Positions 55,604-64,000 of a stretch of 64,000 nucleotides of DNA are shown here, piece by piece. The position numbers and the translations under genes were made by a program. Origin of the DNA: the human T2T-CHM13v2.0 reference genome, Homo sapiens; the NCBI RefSeq assembly GCF_009914755.1, contig NC_060947.1. One strand, given 5' to 3'. The notes below the pieces were generated by a model. That model was given only the letters and a program-made list of their open reading frames with translations. It ran no database searches and was not told the origin of the DNA. The first letter of the stretch is position 1; each line of letters starts with the position of its first letter.

Positions 55604-56800
55604 ATATGAACATACTTCAATATGGTACATTTGTTCCTGATGAGCTACTTCTGTTGTACAATCAAATGTAAGGAAGTGTCAATGAAAACAGTCAAACTCT
55701 GTAAAACATTTGAAGAGATTTATTCTGAGCCAAATATGAGTGACTATGGTTAGGACACAGCCCTTAGGAGGTCCTGAGAACATGTACCAAGGTGGTCAGG
55801 GTACACCTTGTTATTATACATTTTAGGGAGACATGGCACTTCAATCACATACATTTAAGAAATACATTGGCTTGATCTATAAAGCTGGGACAACTCGAAA
55901 TGGGGGGCTTCCAGCTTACAGGTAGATTTAAAATTTTTCTGGTTGACCATTGGTTGAATTTATCTAGAGACCTGGGATCAATAGAAAGGAATGTCTGGGT
56001 TAAGATAAAGGATTTTAGAGACCCAAGTTCTTATTTGCAGAGGAAGTCTTCAGGCAGTAGGCTTCACAGAGAATAGGTTTTAAAATGTTTCTTATCATAC
56101 TTAAAGTCTGTGTTGATGTTAATTCCAAAGAGGTATAATGAGGCATGTCTGACCCTCACTTCCCGTCTTGGCCTGAAACAGTCTCTCAGATTAAATTTTA
56201 GAGAGCCTTGGCTGAGGAGGAAGTCCATTTAGAAGGTTGGGAGCCTTAGAATTTTATTTTTGGTTTACAGAAGTGTATTTTGCTTTTGATATTATTAACT
56301 GTATTTCAAGTCTAACATGTTTTCTTAGGAGCATTAAATACTCTGTGGATTTTATTACACAAATAAGGCACAGATCCCATTTTATCATTACCTTCATTGC
56401 TACCTATATTGACATAATTTCAACTGAATTTGGAAACATTCCAGAGTCTGGGCTTCCAATAATCCTTTGTGATCCTCTAAAAGGTATATTACATTTTTCC
56501 TCAAGACATAGCAATATCTAAAATCACTCATAGAATGTCCTGCCACTTTTGTTTATCTAGTTTCATCAATTTCTCTAAAATTGACTTTGAATATCCCTTT
56601 AAACTCTTCTGTTTTAGAAAGCATCACAAGGAAACATCGAATGATCGTGGTCACAAAATCTGTTCATATTCTTCCTTTCTCTGAATATTTTTTGCAGTGA
56701 CAAATATTTGTTTCTGTTGTATTACTGTTAAAAGGAATGCTTGGAAACAAAGACAAAGATTCATTACAATAAGTGATCCAGTCACAATAAATCAATTTGT
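55604..56800 (-). mobile_element. hAT-Tip100 (Zaphod-like) transposase remnant split by a MER4 LTR
   Basis: Frameshifted minus-strand translation KQKWQDIL*VILDI..FRGS..IGSPDSGMF..YLCNKI..KAKY|FLTFDCTTEVAHQEQM matches hAT N-terminal and first catalytic-Asp motifs. Confidence 0.72.
55677..56269 (-). mobile_element. MER4-family solo LTR
   Basis: tgtcaatgaaaacagtc...ttttggtttaca; TSD GAAG at 55673-55676 and 56270-56273. Confidence 0.85.
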
Positions 56801-56810
56801 CATTTGGACC

Positions 56811-57101
56811 TTTTTTTTTTTTCTGAGATGGAGTCTTGCTCTGTCACCCAGGCTCGAGTGCAGTGGCGCGATCTCGGCTGACTGCAACCTCCGCCTCTTG
56901 GGTTCAAGCAATTCTGCCTCAGCCTCCTGAGTAACTGGGATTACAGGTGCCTGCCACCACACCCAGCTAATTTTTGTATTTTTAGTAGAGACCAGGTTTC
57001 ACCATGTTGGCCAGGCTGGTCTCAAACTCCTGACCTCGTGATCCACCTGCCTTGGCATCCCAAAGTGCTGGGATTACAGGTGTGAGCCACCGTGCCTGGC
57101 C
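56811..57101 (-). mobile_element. AluS (Sg/Sc-like)
   Basis: Dimeric Alu with the tgacctcgtgatcc diagnostic. Confidence 0.92.
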
Positions 57102-57499
57102 CTTTTTTATTTTTTAAAGTTGTACTTTTGAAAATGTTCAGCAATGAATTGAAATAGTCTCTAAAATGTGATTTTTTCCCTGGTCTAAGGTGACCAGATT
57201 TCTAGAGAGTGAACCCAGGACAGAACCACACCACAAGTAAAAAATATGATTAATAAGTTTACACGAGTATGTTATTTTAACATAAAACATGCAAAAGAGG
57301 CACTTATTTGGAATTATTTATTAGTCTGCATTATATACTTCACAGCATCATGAATGTTCTTATTTTTTAAATGTAGGACTAGTTAGTGTCAATTACTACT
57401 ATTAGTACAAATAATTAACAAACTATAGAAATAATCCCTGAAAGTATAGTCTTAATTATTAGTACAAATAAATAAGCAGATGTTTGAAAAAAATTACGT

Positions 57500-58850
57500 T
57501 TTGAATAAAGTTATTATTTTAAATTAGTTTTAGATTCACACAGAAATTAGAAAGAAGAATGCAGATTTCCCCTGTAGCTGCAACCTAGTTTTCCCTCTTA
57601 TTAACATATTAGTATGTATCAGATGTCTTCTTAACATCTTACATCATTTGTTACCATTAATGACCAGATATTAATATGTTATTACTAAATAAGCCCACGT
57701 TTTATTTGGTTTCCCTCAGTTCTATCTTTTTCTATTCTGGGATCCCATCTCAGATCCTACAGGACATTTAGTTGTCATGTCAGGCTCTTCTTGCCTATGA
57801 TTGTTTCTCAGACTTTCCTTCTGATAGCCTTGACAGTGTAAGAAAGACTGGTCAGGTATTGTGTAGAAAATATCTCATTGTGGTTTACTTGGTATTTTTC
57901 TCATAATTATACTGGGGTTACGGGTTTGGGGGAAGCAGATCAGATGTGTAGTGCTATTCTAGTCTCTTCATGCTCTCAAGATGCATTATCACCATTAATG
58001 TTAATTTTGATCACCTGGCTGAGGTAGTGTTTTTAGGTTTCTCACTGTGAAGTTACTTTTTCCCCATGTCCATACTGTATGTATTCTTTTGGAGGAAATA
58101 AGCATGCAGAGCCCACACTTAAGGAGTAGGGAGTTAGCTCTACTTCCTTGATGGCTGAGTATCTACATTAGGTATTTGGAATTCTTCTGTATAAGATATT
58201 TCTATTTGGCCAATTTGCATATTTATTTAATCATTTATTTAGACCAGTATGGACAACCAGACAGTTACTTCAATCTTTTGGTTATTATCCAATTGTACAG
58301 TATTTTGTTGCTTTGATTTCCTACCTGTGGCCATTGGGAGATCTTTCTATTGGCTCCTGTTTTCCTTTGACATAACTGCATGTTTTGTTTTGTTTTGTTT
58401 TAACAATTTCTTTCTGACACTTCAAGAGTATCCTGGCTCATATATTTACTGTCTCAGCCCTAGTTTAGCTATTTCTTCCAAGAGCACTGATTTCCCTTAT
58501 TAGAGAATGGTTTTAAAAACTTATATCTGGCAGCTAAATATGCTCATTGCATCTTGTCCCTCACAGCTGACAATGCAAGGAAATATATATGTGTGTGTTC
58601 TAACCTACATATACATGCCTAATTATAAAGATTTCTATGTGGATCCATCTGTGTATATATTAAGCTACATGTGAGTTTATACTGATATCTCCAATCAATG
58701 GACTCTGATCCATTATCACAAGAATTATTCTAGCCTCCCCTGCCTTTCTTGTCTGTAAATTCTCACTCTGACAGCAAGGAATTAGCTTCTACCATCTGCC
58801 ATTTATTTAATCCCTTGTTCCAGTATAAACACCGAATTTATTGTTGTTGA
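57500..58850 (-). mobile_element. Old L1MC/MD-like 3' region
   Basis: Motifs catttagttgtcatgtc and tgatcacctggctgaggtagtgt typical of old L1M 3'UTRs. Confidence 0.6.
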
Positions 58851-58865
58851 TTCAAATTATAAGTT

Positions 58866-61397
58866 GTGATTTAATAATAAATATATGTTTGGTCTCTGTC
58901 TCTATTTCCTGGTACAGAGCTCCCAAAACCCTTACAATTTCTTGAGTGATAGGGGTGCTAGGAGCATTTTTTGTTCTCATATTTGGTCTTTGACCCTGGT
59001 TTCTGACACAGAGTTTCCAAATGCCTTAAAAATCTCTCAGGTAATAGGAATGTCTTTTGCTCTGCTCCTGGATGGCTTCAGGATGGGGCGTGGTCACCAG
59101 AAATACCAAGCCATGATTAGAAGCTTGTAACTTTCAGCTTCATATCCTATCCTCTGAGGGGAAAGGGGGCTGGAGATTGAGTTAATAATCAATCATGCCT
59201 ATGTGATAAAGCCTCCATAAAAATCCCTGAAAGAGGTGGGAGGATCACTTCAGGCCAGGAATTTGAGGCCTGCCTAGGCAACACAGTGAGAGTCCATCTC
59301 TACAGAAAATAAGAGAGTTGGGTGTGGTAGTGTGTGCACGTAGTCCTAGCTACTTGGGAAACTAAGGCAGAAGGATTGCTTGAGGGCGGGAGTTCAAGGT
59401 TGCAGTAAGCTATAATTGTACCCCTGCACTCCAGGCTTGGGATAGAGCGAGACTTTGTCTCTTAAAAAATCCTAAAAGATAGGGTTTAAAGAGTTTCTAA
59501 ATTGTTAAATACATCCATGTGCAGGGAGCATGGCAAACCCCAACTCCATGAGGACAGAGCTTCCGCACTTCCAAACTTTGCTTTGTGTACCCCCTTATCT
59601 GGCTGTTCATGTGTTTTCTTTACCATGTCCTTTATAATGAACTGGGGTCTTAGTCCTTTCAGGTTGCTATAAAAAAATACCATAGACTGGGTAACTTTTA
59701 AACAACATAAATTTGTTGCATATAATTCTGGAGCCTGGAAAGTCCAAGATCAAGGCACTGGAAGATTCCATGTCTGGTGAGGGCTCGTCTCTCAGAGATA
59801 GTACCTTCTAGCCATGTCCTCACATGGCAGAATAGAGAAACAGGCTCCCTACAGACTCTTTTATAAGGGCACTTGTGCCATTCATGAGGGCAGAGCCTTG
59901 ATTATTGGGGAAATCTGTCCCCAGTATTTCAGTGTAGGTTCTTTCTATTTTTCATAAGTGTCGGCCGGCTGAGAAATAAAGACAGACAGTACAAAGAGAG
60001 GAATTTTACAGCTGGGCTGCCGGGGGTGACATCACATATCAGTAGGACCATGATGTCCACCTAAGTCTCAGACCAGCAAGTTTTTATTAAGGGTTTCAGA
60101 AAGGGAGGGAGTGTAAGAACAGGGAGTAGGTACAAAGATCACATGCTTCAAAAGGCAAAAAGCAGTGCTGCTAGTAAGGGTCTAACAAAGATCACATGCT
60201 TCTGAGGGAACAGGACAAAGGGCAAAAGCAGAACTACTAATAAGGGTCTATGTTCAGCAGTGCACATATTGTCTTGATAAACATCTTAAATAACAGAAAA
60301 CAGGGTTCAAGAGCAGAGAACCGGTCTGACCACAAATTTACCAGGGTGAAGTTTCTCCCCACCCTAGTAAGCCTGAGGGTACTGCAGGAAACCAGGGTGT
60401 ATCTCAGTCCTTATCTCAACTGCATAAGACATACATTCCCAGAGCGGCCATTTATAGACCTCCCCCCAGGAATGCATTCCTTTCCCAGGGTATTGATATT
60501 AATATTCCTTGCTAGGAAAAGAATTTAGTGATATCTCTCCTACTTGCGCGTCCATTTATAGGCTCTCTGCAAGAAGAAAAATATGGCTCTTTTTGCCTGA
60601 CCCTGCAGGCAGTCAGACCTTATGGTTGTCTTCCCTTGTTCCCTAAAAATCGCTGTTATTCTGTTCTTTTTCAAGGTGCACTGATTTCATATCATTAAAA
60701 CACACATGTTTTACAATCAATTTATACAGTTAACACAATTATCACAGTGGTCCTGAGGTGACATACATCCTCAGCTTATGAAGATAACAGGATTAAGAGA
60801 TTAAAGTAAAGACAGGCATAAGAAATTATAAAAGCATTATTTGGGAACTGATAAATGTCCATGAAATCTTCACAATTTATGTTCCTCTGCCACAGCTCCA
60901 GCCAGTCCCTCTGTTTGGGGTCTCTGACTTCCCACAACACTTGACAATGAATTACCTGTTTAAACCATCCTCTTGGAGGTTAGGTTTCAACATATGAATT
61001 TTGGGGGGACACCAACATTGAGATCATATTAACCAGTAAACATAAGTAAATGTTTCCCTGAGTTCTATGAGCCATCATAGCAAATTATCAATCCTGAGGA
61101 GGAGGTGTGGGACTGTTCAATTTGCAGCTAAGTCATACAGAAGTATGAGTAAACTGGGGATTTACTAGTTGTGATTGGCATCTGAAGTGGGGGGGGCAGT
61201 CTGGTGTTACTGAGCCCTTAAACTATTAGGTATGTAATAACTCCAGTTAGTTCATGTCATAATTGAACTATATAACACCCAGCTGGTGTCCAGAAAGTTG
61301 GAGAATTGGTTGATATGGGAAAATCCCTCATATATTTGGTGTCAGAAGTGAAGTATTGAGAGTATAGATGAAAAACAGGTTTTTTTTTCTTTTTACA
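58866..61397 (+). mobile_element. MER21-like LTR interrupted by a truncated AluJ (~59233-59470) and a MaLR LTR (~59647-61030)
   Basis: MER21 motifs (cagagctcccaaaacccttac, ggcatctgaagtggggg, acacccagctggtgtc) resume after each insert. Confidence 0.72.
59903..60939 (-). mobile_element. MER11 (HERV-K11/HML-8) solo LTR
   Basis: ~1.04 kb; reverse-complement start tgttgtgggaagtcagagacccc; 6-bp TSD CTTGA(T/C), typical of ERVK. Confidence 0.87.
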
Positions 61398-61399
61398 GA

Positions 61400-62950
61400 T
61401 ATACTGGTTTCAAAATTGACTATTACCCCTGGGGGAGAGAACTTTATAAAATAGAGACCACTATTTATATTCAGTATATTCTGCTTTTAGACTATAGATT
61501 CTACTCATTTCCAAAGTGACTTAGGTTAGCACTTTCTGCCCATCACCTGCAGTGAGTTTTTCCATAAATTTGTAATACAGTTAGATTCCTGATCCCATTC
61601 TATATTTTATCCTTGGATACTACTGCACCCTAAATGTTTGATTTAATTTGTATAGCTTGTGATTTATTCTTTGGGCTGTAAAACTATATCAGTTTTATAA
61701 AATGCATAGTGTCAGGTATCCACCATTGAAGTACCTTCAAATACCCACCCTATGTAACCACTGATTCGTTTATCTCTGTAATTTTGCCTTTCCCAAAATA
61801 TGATATAAAATGGGGTGAAATGGTGGGTAGCCTCTTCAGACTGGCTTCCTTCACTTAGCAGTATACATGCAAGATTTACCCATGTCTTTGCATGCGTAGA
61901 TAGTTTATTCCTTTCTATTTATGAATGGTACTCCATTGCATAGATGCACCCCAATTTGATCATGCATTCAGCTATTGAAGGAAATTCTGATTACATTTTG
62001 ACCATTATGAATAGAACTGCTGTACATAATTACATGCTGGTATATGTTTGAACATAACTTTTCAAAGCAGTTGTCTAAATACAGGCAATTTAGGAGTGCA
62101 ATTGTCAGATTATAAGGTGAGAGTTGTTCAGCTTTGGAAAAAAAAAAACTGCGAAAGTGTCTTCTGAAGTGACTGTACCATTATGCGTTCTACCAGCAAT
62201 GAATGACAGCTCTATTGTTCTTCAGCCTCCAGCAAGTGGTTTGTCAGGGCTCTTTTAGAGTTCAGCAGTTCTAAAGGGTGTGCAGCTATCTCATTGTTGT
62301 TTTAATTTACAATTTCCTAATGATATGTTGAGCACCCTTTTGTATGATTATTTGCTATCTTTATATTTTATTTGGTCAGGTGTCCATTTAGCTATTTACT
62401 CATTTTAATTGGGTTTTTAGTTATCTTATTGCTTCTTTTTAAGAGTTCTTTTTGTGTTATCATTATTTTTAGAGACAGTGTCTTGTTATATTGCTCGGAC
62501 TGGTCTCAAACTACTAGCTTCAAGCCATCCTCTTGCCTCAGCCTCCCAAGTAACTGGGATTGCAGGCATGAGCCACCCCACCCAACATCTTTTTATATTT
62601 TTAATACAATTGTTTTTACCAGATATGTATTTTGTAAATACTTTCTCCCAGTCTGTGTCTTGTCTTTGTTCTCTGAATAGGCTCTTTCTCAGAGTTGAAA
62701 ATTTAGTTTTATAAAGTCTGTGTTATCAGTATTTTTTCTTTTGTGATGTGGCTTTTGGTATTATGTGTTAAACCTCAGCACCAAATCCAAGGTTGCACAG
62801 GCTTTCTTCTAGAATGTTTATAGTTTTGCATTTCAAATTTCAGCCTATGGATGATTGTGAGTGAATTTTTGCGTAATTTTAGTTTGCATGTACATTATTT
62901 TCATTCCATATGGTTTCTAAATAATTGTTCCATCACTATTTTTGAAAAAT
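61400..62950 (-). mobile_element. Old antisense L1M fragments with an Alu monomer (~62465-62585)
   Basis: L1M 3' motifs (ggcttccttcacttagca, ctccattgcatagatgcacc) and left-monomer Alu sequence. Confidence 0.6.
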
Positions 62951-64000
62951 ACACGGGATAGTGAATTTCCAAAATAATCGCACTGAGTAAATGAATGCTG
63001 AATTGTATTGATTTTTCAAGAGAGCCAAGAGGGGGCACACGTCCACCGATAAACTGTGAGCAAGAGCGTCCTGTGCTGAGTCCTGACAGCCACCAGATGG
63101 CATGTGAACCCGCCTCTTCTGACCATCTCCCCTCAGATGGTGGGAGCAGGGAGACAAGAACTTCATTTTCCTCAAGGCTCCAGGATGGAGATCTAAACTT
63201 GATACTGTTCAGTGGTGAATTAAAAGCTTCTGTCCACAACTCGGAGTGTAGCGGAGATTCTGATTCAGAGGATTCTGCACAGGAAGGGTTCATGTAGAAA
63301 AATATAACCCCAAAATCCCACTGTTGCCATTGCACCCTGAGATCATTCTCAACATCCAAGACATAGTGGCTACAATATATATTCACACAATGGCCTCTAG
63401 TAGTTAGTATCCACTCAGTGGCCCCTACTACTGATGGAATCATGTCCACACAGTGGCCACTAATGAAATTCACACTCTTTTGAGAATTATTGGTTTCACA
63501 GCTTTGGCTGAAATGGAGCCTCTATAATGAAGTTTGATGTCATCTCTACTTTCCTGGTATGGTATTGATATGGTTGTTTTATAAAGTAATTTACTTTCCA
63601 GTAAATTCATACTTATAGGAAACATGCAATGGCAGTACAAAATACCTTTTATCCTTTCTCTCAGATTCCCCAGTGGTCACTCCAGTACCAGATTTGCAAC
63701 TTCACACAAAATACTCTACTGTATTTTACTCAAAGCAGGGACACTCTCCCAGGTAACCACCACATAACCTCCAAATCAGGAAATCAATATGGTTTCTACC
63801 TGACAATCCAATCAGCTGACCCAGTTCACTTTACTGCCTGTGCTGACTGTGAGAAAAATGTCTCTTTCCCTTTGGATCCAGTTTTCTTTTCCTGGAACTG
63901 TTCCTGTGACTATCTCTCAGTTTCACAACCTTGGCAGATTTAAATAATAGAGATGAATCCAAGCTGCCTCTGTCATAGTTTTGCCAATGCACCACAACAT

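Overview
Primate (almost certainly human) genomic DNA containing the 3' half of VAMP7 (SYBL1/TI-VAMP) on the + strand. It has three coding exons (15810-15877, 35705-35797, 37886-37954) and a ~1.8 kb 3'UTR ending shortly after AATAAA at 39747. From established knowledge this locus lies in the Xq28/Yq12 pseudoautosomal region PAR2. The introns are mostly transposons: two full-length antisense L1PA elements, an SVA, Tigger1, Alus and LTRs. Downstream lie a ~7.5 kb degenerate, strand-asymmetric TTAGGG-like hexamer array and then a dense nest of ERV LTRs that has fragmented an old hAT transposon. Most notable are (i) the array, a candidate fossil telomere of an earlier Xq end; (ii) an L1 with a clear 3' transduction inside a 15-bp TSD; (iii) L1 antisense promoters facing the VAMP7 SNARE/TM exons, one with an intact ORF0-like frame that could splice in frame to exon 7; and (iv) an ERV fragment flanked by 18-bp direct repeats. 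Repeat subfamily names come from recalled consensus sequences, not a database search. Boundaries of old elements are approximate.
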